A stretch of DNA of 64,000 nucleotides, from the NCBI GenBank assembly GCA_050251055.1, contig JBFWNL010000004.1, positions 192,001-256,000 of the forward strand. The letters are read 5' to 3'. Source of the stretch: Bacteriovoracia bacterium (GTDB taxonomy: Bacteria > Bdellovibrionota > UBA1018 > JBFWNL01). The notes beneath the pieces were generated by a model. The model was not told the origin of the DNA. It saw nothing but the letters and a program-made list of their open reading frames with translations, and searched no databases. A program made the translations under genes and the position numbers. Below are positions 10,337-19,748 of the stretch, one piece after another; positions within the stretch are counted from its first letter, which is position 1, and each line of letters starts with the position of its first letter.

Positions 10337-10621
10337 CTACATCTTTGCAGGTTCGAATTTAATTTTTGGATTCTTCGCTGCAAGTTTATCGCAGTCTGCC
10401 TTCGTAAGTTCCAAAAACCCCTTTCCTTTGCATGAATTTTTTCCAGCACACTCATGGCCTTTACCGCCGCAGGCCCCCTTACCCTTGCATGAATTTGCGC
10501 CAACGCAATGTCCTTTTGCTTCAGCATTGTCATCGGCTGCAAAGACCGGAGCCGTAGTGGCAAGACTGACCAGTCCAGCGACTGCGGCCGAGATTAACAT
10601 TTCTTTCGTTTTTGAATTCAT
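10337..10621 (-). CDS. Cys-rich exported MNIO precursor peptide, BufA2-type bufferin
   Basis: Signal peptide, then duplicated CxGxNSCKGKG motif (CVGANSCKGKGAC...CAGKNSCKGKGF...C); AAGGAG RBS; directly upstream of DUF692. Confidence 0.88.
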   Translation of the reverse strand: MNSKTKEMLISAAVAGLVSLATTAPVFAADDNAEAKGHCVGANSCKGKGACGGKGHECAGKNSCKGKGFLELTKADCDKLAAKNPKIKFEPAKM

Positions 10622-10693
10622 ATTCGCTCCTTATTGATTTTTGTTAACTGAGGTCGGGAGATCTTCCCGTTCTCAAATTCTTTTTTACCCAAT

Positions 10694-11314
10694 TCATTTT
10701 TTAGCGCTCGTCTCTTCTTGGGGCTCCTCCTTCTCTTTTCCTTCACCATTCACTTCAATTTTAACGTCATCTCCAACAAGTACTCCTCCTGCTTCAATGG
10801 CTTTATTCCATTTAAGATCGTAATCTTTTCGATTTACCGTAAGTGTTGCATCGAGTGCGGCTTTCTCATTACCCCATGCGTCTTTGATAGTTCCCCCATA
10901 ACTGACATCCCAAATGACGGGACGTGTGACTCCACGGATTGTAAGCTTTCCAGGCATTTTTCCGGATTCTCCTTTTTTTATAGTGAAGGGATCGGAAATA
11001 AACTTGATTGTTTCATGTCCTTTCGTTGTCGCGTCAAAAAAATCGGGAGATCGAAGATGTTTATCTCGATCAGGTTCGTTCGTATTGATGCTCTTGGCTT
11101 GAACGATGGAATGAACTGCGGTAAGTGCCCCAGTTTTATCATCGATTTCAATAGTTCCTTTGAACTGATCGAATCGACCCTGGACGGTGCTAATCATGAG
11201 ATGCTTAATACGAAACCCAATGGTTGTATGCGCTTCATCCAGTTCGAATGTTTTAGCCCAGAGCGTTGAACTACCTAAAATCCCTAAAATGCAAAAAACG
11301 GCCCATCTCATCAT
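10694..11314 (-). CDS. YceI family periplasmic lipid/quinone-binding protein
   Basis: HTTIGFRIKHLMIS, RDKHLRSPDFFD, GKLTIRGVT, NRKDY. Confidence 0.92.
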   Translation of the reverse strand: MMRWAVFCILGILGSSTLWAKTFELDEAHTTIGFRIKHLMISTVQGRFDQFKGTIEIDDKTGALTAVHSIVQAKSINTNEPDRDKHLRSPDFFDATTKGHETIKFISDPFTIKKGESGKMPGKLTIRGVTRPVIWDVSYGGTIKDAWGNEKAALDATLTVNRKDYDLKWNKAIEAGGVLVGDDVKIEVNGEGKEKEEPQEETSAKK

Positions 11315-11343
11315 TAAAAATTCCTCCTGCTACTACTTTTGAA

Positions 11344-11369
11344 TTCGCTGAGACCCTAGAAAAAGTTAC
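11344..11369 (-). promoter_or_regulatory. SigF (ECF16)-type promoter for the yceI-buf operon
   Basis: GTAACT-N16-CGAA on the minus strand, matching the Caulobacter sigma-F consensus GTAACC-N16-CGAA. Confidence 0.75.
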
Positions 11370-11437
11370 AAATGCCTCTCTTATTAATATGAGAAAGCCA
11401 TGTCTAAAGTCGTTTAAATCCAATAAAATGAGACCTT

Positions 11438-11463
11438 GTAACTTTTTGAATCTTGAAAGCGAA
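11438..11463 (+). promoter_or_regulatory. SigF-type autoregulatory promoter (probably leaderless mRNA)
   Basis: GTAACT-N16-CGAA ending 7 nt before ATG 11471. Confidence 0.75.
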
Positions 11464-11470
11464 TACTCAA

Positions 11471-12049
11471 ATGAAGGTTAGTAGCTCAACCGAAAAATCG
11501 ACTCCAAGAGCTGTGCGAGACGAGCGTTGGTCGAGCCTTATGATTCGAGCGCAAGAGGGTGACAAAGGAGCGTACCAAAATTTATTGAAAGAAGTGGCCG
11601 ATTTTCTGAATCCCTATTTTCTTCGAAAGATCGGCTCTGCTTTTGATGTCGATGATCTGATTCAGGAGGTTTTGATCGGAATGCATCATGCCCTTCAAAC
11701 TTATGATCGAACCCGATCCTTTACAAATTGGATACTGGCCATTGCGCGGTACAAAAGCATCGATCATTTTCGACGCCTTCAAAGACGTCTTGAGGTTGCA
11801 ATCGACACCGATGAACTGGCGCAGCTTGCAGCCCCTGAAGCCGTGAACAATTCGATCGGAGAGCGACTCGGTGAGGTCGTATCCGCGCTTCCCGAAAAGC
11901 AGAGAAAAATTATTGAGCTTGTAAAACTTAAAGGTTTTTCGATGAGACAAGCGGCTAATTTTCTTGGAATGACGGAAGGAGCTGCAAAGGTAGCAGCCCA
12001 CCGAGCTTACCGAACTCTCAGAGAAAGATTACAAGAATCAGAAGAATGA
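11471..12049 (+). CDS. ECF sigma factor, SigF/ECF16-like
   Basis: RAQEGDKGAYQNLL, DDLIQE, WILAIARYKSIDHFRR, region 4 KVAAHRA; followed by NrsF. Confidence 0.9.
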   Translation: MKVSSSTEKSTPRAVRDERWSSLMIRAQEGDKGAYQNLLKEVADFLNPYFLRKIGSAFDVDDLIQEVLIGMHHALQTYDRTRSFTNWILAIARYKSIDHFRRLQRRLEVAIDTDELAQLAAPEAVNNSIGERLGEVVSALPEKQRKIIELVKLKGFSMRQAANFLGMTEGAAKVAAHRAYRTLRERLQESEE

Positions 12050-12675
12050 AGACGGAAGAACTTATCAATAAACTTAGCCATTCGTTGAGACCGCAGTCTC
12101 GCCGAGATCTCTGGCGCGACTACGTCAAATGGATTGCCGTAACTTTTCTTGTGATCGCGATAGGCGTCTTCTTAATGGGATTAAGGAAGGACCTCAGCGA
12201 CACTCTTTTTAAAGAGTGGTTTCAATATGAGAGTTTTTTTCTTCTGACTTTTGGTCTGCTTTGCGCATGGGTTGCCCTAAGGGCGGGACGACCCGAACAA
12301 AAGTTTGGTCCTCTCGCTTATAGTTTTTTGATCCTGGGAATCGTCGGGTGGATTGCATTTTTAGTGCGAGCTTTTAAGGGAGAGTCTTTCGATTTTGCAG
12401 CGGCGGCACCTGGGTGGAGTTGTTTTATGGCGGTCATTCTTTTTTCGATGATCCCGGGAATCATCCTTGTTCGTAAACTACGAAAAATGGCTCCAACTTC
12501 TTTAGGTCAAACTGGGCTTTGGGCTGCAACATCAGTTGGAATCTTAAGTGCGCTTGGAGTAAGTCTGATTTGTTCGGATTCTAACGCCGAACATCTTTTG
12601 CTCTGGCATTTCGTTCCAGTGTTGGTAATTTCTATACTTGGATTTATTTTAGGGCGGTTTGTACTGAAATGGTAA
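12046..12675 (+). CDS. nrsF: NrsF (DUF1109) membrane anti-sigma factor
   Basis: MKTEELINKL N-terminus, multiple TM helices, conserved Cys pair and HLLLWH; ATGA overlap with the sigma gene. Confidence 0.85.
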   Translation: MKTEELINKLSHSLRPQSRRDLWRDYVKWIAVTFLVIAIGVFLMGLRKDLSDTLFKEWFQYESFFLLTFGLLCAWVALRAGRPEQKFGPLAYSFLILGIVGWIAFLVRAFKGESFDFAAAAPGWSCFMAVILFSMIPGIILVRKLRKMAPTSLGQTGLWAATSVGILSALGVSLICSDSNAEHLLLWHFVPVLVISILGFILGRFVLKW

Positions 12676-12690
12676 GGCAAGATTGAAGAT

Positions 12691-13773
12691 CTATGATTCT
12701 TTTTTGTTTTCTCTCAGGCGCTTGCCCTCGCTTTTTTTGTAATCGAAATGAGCATCTCGATTTAACCCAAGTCGCTCTTGCTCAGCAGGAGAAGAATTGG
12801 GGGGTGCCTTTCCAAATCGCATTCGAAGCTCGCGCCATTTAAGTTTGATATCAGCCCATTTATGAGACGGGGGCTTATATCCAAATGCGCGATATTTTCC
12901 CGGCTGAACTTTGCCTTTTTGAGAAACGAACCCTGCAAATACATCGCACCAACTATCGAAGGCTTTTAAGAATTTTTGATCCCTGGCCATATGCTCGGCT
13001 TGATTGTCGCTATACTTTCTTCCTTTTCCAAAATCCTCATGGCGCCATAGTTCATCAGGCACTTCAATTCCACTGAAACGACATTGCCAGGCCAAAGGAG
13101 CAAAACAATCTCTTAAGTTTCGATAAGGCTCTTTTTTGGGATCAAAATATTCTGGGTGACGAAGATAAATGGGTCGCCCTGTTTCGTCTTTTTCTTCATC
13201 AGCATCATCACCGTAGGTAAAAAATCCAGCCGTTCTTCCCTCCAAGTGATTGAGACTTATCTTTTTCCACTCGGATGCATGTTCCAATTTCATCGCGAGT
13301 TCTGGGTTTTTGTGTTCGATAAGATCTTCGCGAGGATTTCCACCATTCATGCAAACAAGCCGATCAAACATCAATTTCAAATTGCTTGTGGGAGAATACC
13401 AATTGATCGGACTAATAATGGCCCAAGCATCGGCAAGATCGAGCCTCGCATAAAGATCGAGATCCCACATGAGATCGGGTTCTTTTCGATTGTTTTTCTC
13501 GTAACAATTGCACGGCCAAACGCAAAGAGCCATTGAGGTCGATACACAGGCATTGCAACTTTGGATTTTGTGTCGCTTGTAGATATTTCCAAGATCTTCT
13601 ATATCAATCTCCCATTCTTGGGGCAGGCGATCGGACATTCGAAACATCAGCATTCGAGCTTTTGAATCCACCCCCGGGCAGTTGTACTGACGTCGGTTGG
13701 ACCCTGCGATAATCAAGACTCGAAATGGACGCTTCTCGGTGGGAAGATTGCCATTAGAATCATTCGGTCTCAT
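12691..13773 (-). CDS. NAD(P)H-dependent FMN oxidoreductase / iron-sulfur flavoprotein-like
   Basis: VLIIAGSNR, CNAC...CVWPCNC, SPINWYSPTSNLKLMFDRL. Confidence 0.8.
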   Translation of the reverse strand: MRPNDSNGNLPTEKRPFRVLIIAGSNRRQYNCPGVDSKARMLMFRMSDRLPQEWEIDIEDLGNIYKRHKIQSCNACVSTSMALCVWPCNCYEKNNRKEPDLMWDLDLYARLDLADAWAIISPINWYSPTSNLKLMFDRLVCMNGGNPREDLIEHKNPELAMKLEHASEWKKISLNHLEGRTAGFFTYGDDADEEKDETGRPIYLRHPEYFDPKKEPYRNLRDCFAPLAWQCRFSGIEVPDELWRHEDFGKGRKYSDNQAEHMARDQKFLKAFDSWCDVFAGFVSQKGKVQPGKYRAFGYKPPSHKWADIKLKWRELRMRFGKAPPNSSPAEQERLGLNRDAHFDYKKSEGKRLRENKKES

Positions 13774-13828
13774 GGATGAACCTCAAGTTTCATAAAAACT
13801 TTTATACTCCGAGTGGACGCCACCTGCT

Positions 13829-13846
13829 ATGTTCATATATAAACTT
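13829..13846. promoter_or_regulatory. 18-bp palindromic operator, copy 1
   Basis: ATGTTCATATATAAACTT, 16/18 to ATGTTTATATATAAACAT. Confidence 0.65.
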
Positions 13847-13876
13847 TTGGCTAGATCGAAAACCCGAGTGTACCCT

Positions 13877-14560
13877 ATGGATTTCAAAGGTGATTTTAAA
13901 AGTCGTTTCAGGATCATCTATCTTGCGGCGTTTCTTGTTCCTCTAGATCCATCGGATGCTTGGTTTCAGATTCGATACTCCAAAATTCCAGTCAGCACTT
14001 ATCAATTTAAAGGCAACTCTCTTTTAGTAGATGTAAAACAATCCGCTGGTCCCCTGATCTATCGTCTTTCTGAACCGAAAATCGTAAAGCGATTATCAAT
14101 ATCGGGACGTTTTTCCGATTTGCCGAAAATCCCCGAGGGATCGGTTCAAGGGGACCGAAAAAGCGACGATTTCATCTTACGAATTGGCGTTATCGATGAA
14201 GGCAAAGAGACAGTGAGCGGTTTCTCACGACTTTTTGCACCGAGCTGGCTCGTTGACCTTGTCGATCATCTAACACCTAAAAAAGCTGGATACGGCGGAC
14301 TTCGACTGTTTCTGATTTCCAATATGCCTGGGCCTTTATGGACAGAGCGAAGCCACCCAAGTCATTCTTCCATACACGAAAACATTATTCGTCGAATCAA
14401 GTCCGTCGGTCGTTTTAAAGAGAATATCGAATTAGACGACTTTTCCAAGCGGAGCATCGGAATTTGGATTGGTCCAGATGGCGACGATACCAAATCCAAT
14501 TTTCAGGTGATCATTGACCGATTAGAAATTACATTTACAGAAGAAGGTAAAGAAAAATGA
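13877..14560 (+). CDS. DUF3047-like hypothetical protein
   Basis: KSDDFILRIGV and IGPDGDDTKS motifs resemble DUF3047; start moved to ATG 13877 because the first ATG lies inside the operator. Confidence 0.6.
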   Translation: MDFKGDFKSRFRIIYLAAFLVPLDPSDAWFQIRYSKIPVSTYQFKGNSLLVDVKQSAGPLIYRLSEPKIVKRLSISGRFSDLPKIPEGSVQGDRKSDDFILRIGVIDEGKETVSGFSRLFAPSWLVDLVDHLTPKKAGYGGLRLFLISNMPGPLWTERSHPSHSSIHENIIRRIKSVGRFKENIELDDFSKRSIGIWIGPDGDDTKSNFQVIIDRLEITFTEEGKEK

Positions 14561-14943
14561 AAGTGCTTTTTTTGTGTGTCGCCAACTCCGCACGTAGTCA
14601 GATGGCCGAAGCTCTGGCGCGCCATTTCTTTCCCAAGATCGAAGTCCAAAGTGCAGGTTCTAGTCCTACATTTCTACACCCGAAGGCCAAACAGGTCCTT
14701 GAAGAAGTCGGCATCAATTGTTCGGCGCTTTATTCCAAAAGTATTGATCAAATTCCGCCATCATTTTTGAGCGATCTCGACAACGTGATTACGCTTTGTC
14801 AGGGAGAAGTATGCCCGATCGGAATCCGAGCCAAGAGAAAACTTCACTGGCCTTTTCCGGATCCCGCCGTTGCAAACACAGTTGAGTCTTTTCGAATTGT
14901 TCGAGACGAGTTAAAGACGCGTATTTCTGAGATGGAAATATAG
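14557..14943 (+). CDS. arsC: arsenate reductase, LMW-PTP/thioredoxin type
   Basis: LFLCVANSARSQMAE P-loop, ITLC...CP, HWPFPDPA. Confidence 0.92.
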   Translation: MKVLFLCVANSARSQMAEALARHFFPKIEVQSAGSSPTFLHPKAKQVLEEVGINCSALYSKSIDQIPPSFLSDLDNVITLCQGEVCPIGIRAKRKLHWPFPDPAVANTVESFRIVRDELKTRISEMEI

Positions 14944-15039
14944 CGCACACCAATTTCGAGCGTTCCTTCGACAATGTCATTCGAAATGAAACGCGGTCCA
15001 CCAGTTCAGGCAGCTTTCGCTTTTGTTTCCCTCCCATTA

Positions 15040-15057
15040 TTGTTTATATATAAACAT
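15040..15057. promoter_or_regulatory. 18-bp palindromic operator, copy 2
   Basis: TTGTTTATATATAAACAT, overlapping the ATG at 15056. Confidence 0.7.
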
Positions 15058-17308
15058 GCAAAATCCACATGCCGAGGCCTCGTCTAACCCATTGTGGGAA
15101 AAGCTTTCTTTTCTTCTTTTTGGCATCACTCAAGGCCTTTGTTCCTTTTTGTTGTTTTCAATTCAACCTCTTGCGGCGCGAATGTTGCTGCCACGCTTTG
15201 GCGGCTCTCCAACCGTTTGGATTGTTTGTCTCAGCTTTTTTCAAACGATTCTTGTAGTCGGGTATATTTTTGCACACTGGATTCGAGGCCAACCGTTTCG
15301 ACAGCTCGGTGCCTATTCCTATCCCTTTCTCATTCTTTTAGGTCTTAGTTGGATATGGGTCGTGCCTCTCAGCATTATGGTAGGCGGTGAAGCGCCGTAT
15401 TCATCGTCCCTGGCCCCCTTTCATTTGCTGGGGATTCTCGCTTTTTGGATTGGGCCGCCTCTGATTATTCTGTCTTCATCTTCGCCGATGCTTCAGGCGC
15501 TGCTTGCTTCTTCTCGTCATTCGATGAGGGCGAATCCTTATCCCCTCTATTCCATAAGCAACGGGCTGAGTATTTTGGCATTGCTGAGCTATCCGATCTT
15601 GATTGAACCCTTATTGGGACTGAGAGCTCAGTATCGCTTATGGACGATGGGTCTTTCGATAGCGATTCTGCTTTTAGTCTCTTGTTTTATTTGGTCGAGA
15701 ATTTATCGAGTGCGCTCGAAGAAAGGAGTAAGTTCACGAACTTCCCGTATACAAAATTCGACTCGATCTTATCTGACTTGGATTCTTTGGGCGGCGATCC
15801 CGGCGATTTATCTTCCCGCGATCACTCTTTATTTTTCGACCGATCTTTTATCGGTTCCTCTCCTTTGGGTACTTCCTTTGTTCCTTTACTTAGCCTCGTT
15901 TGTAGTTGTTTTTTCAAATCGTTTTGAGGCGACGAAAAAAATTCTCGATTTCATTTACCGTGTGTTTGCCTTTGGGGCTCTTTTGATCCTCATCGCGCTT
16001 GTCAGTGGCATCGGGCAACCGCTTCTTTTCTTTATTCCTCTTCATTTTTCGGTGTTTTTCGTCGCTTGTCTCTATGTGCATGGAAAAGTGGTTTCCCTGA
16101 AGCCCGAGCCTCAATTTCTGACTCACTTTTATGTATCGATCGCGATCGGTGGAATGTTAGGTGGACTTTTTGTGGCTCTTGCTGCCCCCGTTTTATTTTC
16201 TGAAATTTCTGAATATCCGTTGGCCATTCTCCTGATCTTCTTCTTGAGTTGGAGTGATTGGCGGCAATTAAAGAATCTCAGCTGGCTCTCGAAACTTAAC
16301 CCTGTATTGGTCGCAGGGGTGATTTTCGGTGGGATGTACCTTATTTCAATTTCCGGATGGGAACCCGATTCACGCCTCTCTCTTTTTGCTCTCACTATTA
16401 TTCCCGGTCTTTTGACTTATCGATACGTGAAATCTCCAATCATCTATGGATTAAGTTTAGCTGCATTATTTATTCTCGTTCACTATTCAGTGTCCACATC
16501 GAGCACGACGATTCATCGATCCAGAAGTTTCTTCGGTACGGTCAAAATTATCGATGATGGAAAATTCAAAAAAATGATTCATGGCAACACCCTTCATGGT
16601 CTTCAGTCGATCGATCCGTCCTTATCTCGTAATCCCGGAAGCTATTATGCTCGATCAGGGCCCATCGGAGATATTATCGCGATGCTGCAAGAAAAACGCG
16701 TCCCTTCGAATGTTGGCGTTGTCGGTCTTGGGGTCGGGGCACTTTCTGCCTATGCCGAGAGGGGGGAGAGCTGGACTTTCTTTGAGCTCAATCCAGAAAT
16801 TTCGAAAATTGCTTATGACACAGCACTTTTTTCTTATCTGAATGAGGCGAACCGCCGTTCCTATATTCAGATTGTGCTCGGAGACGCAAGACTCACTCTC
16901 GCCTCAGAAATGGATCATCGTTTTGATCTCCTCGTTCTTGATGCCTTTAGTTCAGATGGAATTCCTTTTCATCTTCTGACCCGCGAAGCCCTCGAACTCT
17001 ATTGGCAAAAAACCAAAGCGTCTGGACTGATTGTTTTTCATATCTCCAATCGATATTTTGATTTCTCGGGCCCGCTTTCAAATCTTGCAGATTCATTCGA
17101 TGCTCAAATTCTTATACGAGATGACAAAGTGGAGAATGATGAAACGAAAAGTGGATTTAAAACAACTTCTGTCTGGGTCGTGATCTCCAAGAATGAAGAG
17201 CAGATTAAGTGGCTTCTTCAAAAAGCGGGCTGGGTTAAGTTACATGGAACTGGCGAGTTGCCGTGGTCAGATGATTATATGAATTTATTTGAGATTTTTA
17301 AACGGTGA
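15056..17308 (+). CDS. fused membrane domain / spermidine-synthase-like SAM methyltransferase
   Basis: FLLFSIQPLAARMLLPRFGGSPTVW, many TM helices, HGNTLHG, GVVGLGVG, GDARL, VLDAFSSD, HISNRY. Confidence 0.88.
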   Translation: MQNPHAEASSNPLWEKLSFLLFGITQGLCSFLLFSIQPLAARMLLPRFGGSPTVWIVCLSFFQTILVVGYIFAHWIRGQPFRQLGAYSYPFLILLGLSWIWVVPLSIMVGGEAPYSSSLAPFHLLGILAFWIGPPLIILSSSSPMLQALLASSRHSMRANPYPLYSISNGLSILALLSYPILIEPLLGLRAQYRLWTMGLSIAILLLVSCFIWSRIYRVRSKKGVSSRTSRIQNSTRSYLTWILWAAIPAIYLPAITLYFSTDLLSVPLLWVLPLFLYLASFVVVFSNRFEATKKILDFIYRVFAFGALLILIALVSGIGQPLLFFIPLHFSVFFVACLYVHGKVVSLKPEPQFLTHFYVSIAIGGMLGGLFVALAAPVLFSEISEYPLAILLIFFLSWSDWRQLKNLSWLSKLNPVLVAGVIFGGMYLISISGWEPDSRLSLFALTIIPGLLTYRYVKSPIIYGLSLAALFILVHYSVSTSSTTIHRSRSFFGTVKIIDDGKFKKMIHGNTLHGLQSIDPSLSRNPGSYYARSGPIGDIIAMLQEKRVPSNVGVVGLGVGALSAYAERGESWTFFELNPEISKIAYDTALFSYLNEANRRSYIQIVLGDARLTLASEMDHRFDLLVLDAFSSDGIPFHLLTREALELYWQKTKASGLIVFHISNRYFDFSGPLSNLADSFDAQILIRDDKVENDETKSGFKTTSVWVVISKNEEQIKWLLQKAGWVKLHGTGELPWSDDYMNLFEIFKR

Positions 17309-17343
17309 TAGAGTGCCCTCGTCCTGCGGCATTCAATCAATTC

Positions 17344-18438
17344 TCATTTCATAAGAATCGCTAAGAGTAAGGTGAGCCCCATTGATATTGGAAGCGTCAC
17401 TATCCATGCGAACAGAATTTTTGTGAGCTCGCGCCTTTTTAAAGCGGCCTCACCTGCGCCGGTTCCAGCGATTGCTCCACAGGAAGTATGGGTCGTCGAA
17501 ACAGGTAGTCCTAGCCCCGAAGCAAAGATAACGAGACCGCTGGTTACCACATTCGTCCAAACAGAGGTGGAACCATTCATCGAAGCGATCTGAAATGAAA
17601 TTCGATCGGCAATTCTTTTTGAGTGAAGTAGGCCACCCAGAACCATCGCTATAGAAAGGGCTACAAAGGCAGCTAAAGGTAAAGCTGTTGCAGATGTGAG
17701 AAGAAGAAGGCCCGCAATTTTCGGCGCATCATTCATGGCTCGCGCAGCGCACACCGACGCTGCACTTCCGATGTGCACGATGTCTCTCGAAGGCAAACTG
17801 ATTAAACTTTTAAGACCACTCGATCGACAGTCTTCGGTTCTTCCCATCACCAAGGCCGGGAGAGCCACGACTGCCGAAGAAAATGCTGCGGGTGAGTTAA
17901 CAGCAGGAACCGTCTCCGATACGCAAAGGCAAGATTCGTCGGTCCCCCATTTGCTTTTGAATAAATTTTTAAGCAAAAAAATACCTGCAATGGCTAATGC
18001 TGCTGCTATCGCGGGGCTGAGAAGAAGGGGAACAAGGAATTTCTGAAGGAACTGCGAAAATTGAACTCCGTTACCCAGCATAAAACCAGCCGCCGTTAAA
18101 GCTCCTAAAAGAGAATGCGTTGTGGAAATCGGCATTCCAAATCGCGTGGCAAGAGCTACGGTGATCGCAGCGCCTGACGCTACAAGAAATGGAAATCGAC
18201 CATCCGATAAAACCGAGGCTGCAACCAAACCATTGCCACTAAATCGTACAGCCAATTCATGTGAAACAAGAACAGCAAGAGCGCAACCTAAGAGCGTGGC
18301 CGCACTCGCAAGGAAAAGTGCTTGTCTATAACTGAGAATCGATGAGCCGTAGAGTGTGGCTACACCTTTAAAATTATCATTAGCCCCGTTGATATAGGCC
18401 AAAAAGAAAACAGCAATGAGTGTGAGACTTTCAAACAT
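17344..18438 (-). CDS. inorganic phosphate transporter (PiT family)
   Basis: NGANDNFKGVATL, GMPISTTH, GLPVSTTH. Confidence 0.88.
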   Translation of the reverse strand: MFESLTLIAVFFLAYINGANDNFKGVATLYGSSILSYRQALFLASAATLLGCALAVLVSHELAVRFSGNGLVAASVLSDGRFPFLVASGAAITVALATRFGMPISTTHSLLGALTAAGFMLGNGVQFSQFLQKFLVPLLLSPAIAAALAIAGIFLLKNLFKSKWGTDESCLCVSETVPAVNSPAAFSSAVVALPALVMGRTEDCRSSGLKSLISLPSRDIVHIGSAASVCAARAMNDAPKIAGLLLLTSATALPLAAFVALSIAMVLGGLLHSKRIADRISFQIASMNGSTSVWTNVVTSGLVIFASGLGLPVSTTHTSCGAIAGTGAGEAALKRRELTKILFAWIVTLPISMGLTLLLAILMK

Positions 18439-19747
18439 CGAGATGTCTCCTTAAATTGTCATTTTCTTGAATGAATTCCTCTAGATCAGATTTGATATCG
18501 AGATCGCGCGCGACTGGCAGATAGTAAATTTCTGAATTTTGTCCGATATTTTCGACTAACCGCTCGCAGGTATCGGAGCGACTATAAGGAACGGAGTTCC
18601 AAAATTGAAGATCAAGGAGGTGTCCAGAACCAAAAAGATAAAAGCCCCCGTCTTTGGCTGGACCAATCAAGGAGCTCGTTGGTTTTTTTTCTAAAAATTT
18701 AAGACCAGCTAGGATTTCTGGAATTGGAATCAGGGGCGAATCCGCTCCGACAACCACGGCGATATCGTGCCGCTCTCTGAGATTCTTATATATATTATGA
18801 AGACGATCACCGAGCGCACCCTCACCTTGCCAAATTCTTGGAAAGCAAGACCAGCGGCGATCAAGCAGAGCCTCATTCTCAGCCACTGCCCAATAGATCT
18901 GGAGCTTTCCGTTGAACTTAGCTGAGACTTTCGCGTATTCTTTCTCAACGCGTGACACACACCATTCATAAGCCCGGAGCGCTTTTTCTTCCCCAATGTC
19001 CCGAGCAAGTCTTGTTTTCACAGGGCTTAAGCCAGGTGGTTTAACAAAGATGGCAAGTCCCACTGAAGCGCTCATCTTCTCCCCAAAAAGTTCCTGCTTT
19101 GCTGTCAAAACGAGATGCCGCCAAGTGACATGCGCCCAGCCGTCTCGTTGGTATTTTCGGCTGCTTGTCAGGAGAGGAGCTCGGAGAGAGCTAATGAGTA
19201 TCCTTTTTTTTCGTGCGCTTTGGATAAAGGCATGGTCTTCTCCCGAAAGAAAATGAGTGGGAAACATTCCAAGTTCTAAAAATAAGGCTTTTGTTAAAAG
19301 AAAGCTTTGATCCCCAAAAGGCATTTTTAAAAGTCTTGAGCGAAGGTTTCCGAAGCATTCGTTAAGGCGACAAAGCCCGGGACCGTCATCACCAAACTGA
19401 AGATCAAAATAATAAATCTCCCTTTGAAGCGGATTTGCCCGTACCACCGAGACAATCGACTCAAAATTCTGAGCATTGGGTGAAGAGTCTGCATGCAGAA
19501 ACCAAATCCAATGCCCAGCAGCTTCGGAAGCTCCAAAATTTTGTTGATAAGAGCGCCCAGACTTTAGACAATGGAGCCAGCGCACACCCGAAATAGTGGG
19601 AGCTTCATTTCGTTTATTTTCGTAACTACAAATCAGAACTTCAAAATCAATCTGTCGAAGCGCGGCCGCTGAAGTAATACTTAGAATAAGATCCTTAAGA
19701 CCTCGTTCCTCGCTTTGCACTGGAATGACGATAGAGAGCTGTCGCAT
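18431..19747 (-). CDS. fusion of the two arsenosugar-associated glycosyltransferase-like domains (GT2 TIGR04283-type + DUF2064 TIGR04282-type)
   Basis: N-half GRSYQQNFGA, FLHAD, FGDQ, TSSRKY; C-half FVKPP..VKTRLA, QGEGALGDR, GADSP, GPAKDGGFYL. Confidence 0.85.
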   Translation of the reverse strand: MRQLSIVIPVQSEERGLKDLILSITSAAALRQIDFEVLICSYENKRNEAPTISGVRWLHCLKSGRSYQQNFGASEAAGHWIWFLHADSSPNAQNFESIVSVVRANPLQREIYYFDLQFGDDGPGLCRLNECFGNLRSRLLKMPFGDQSFLLTKALFLELGMFPTHFLSGEDHAFIQSARKKRILISSLRAPLLTSSRKYQRDGWAHVTWRHLVLTAKQELFGEKMSASVGLAIFVKPPGLSPVKTRLARDIGEEKALRAYEWCVSRVEKEYAKVSAKFNGKLQIYWAVAENEALLDRRWSCFPRIWQGEGALGDRLHNIYKNLRERHDIAVVVGADSPLIPIPEILAGLKFLEKKPTSSLIGPAKDGGFYLFGSGHLLDLQFWNSVPYSRSDTCERLVENIGQNSEIYYLPVARDLDIKSDLEEFIQENDNLRRHLDV

Positions 19748-19748
19748 C

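Noticed and set aside
10276-10637. Alternative ORFs overlapping the bufferin precursor
   Set aside because: Only the 10337-10621 frame has an RBS, a signal peptide and the conserved Cys motifs
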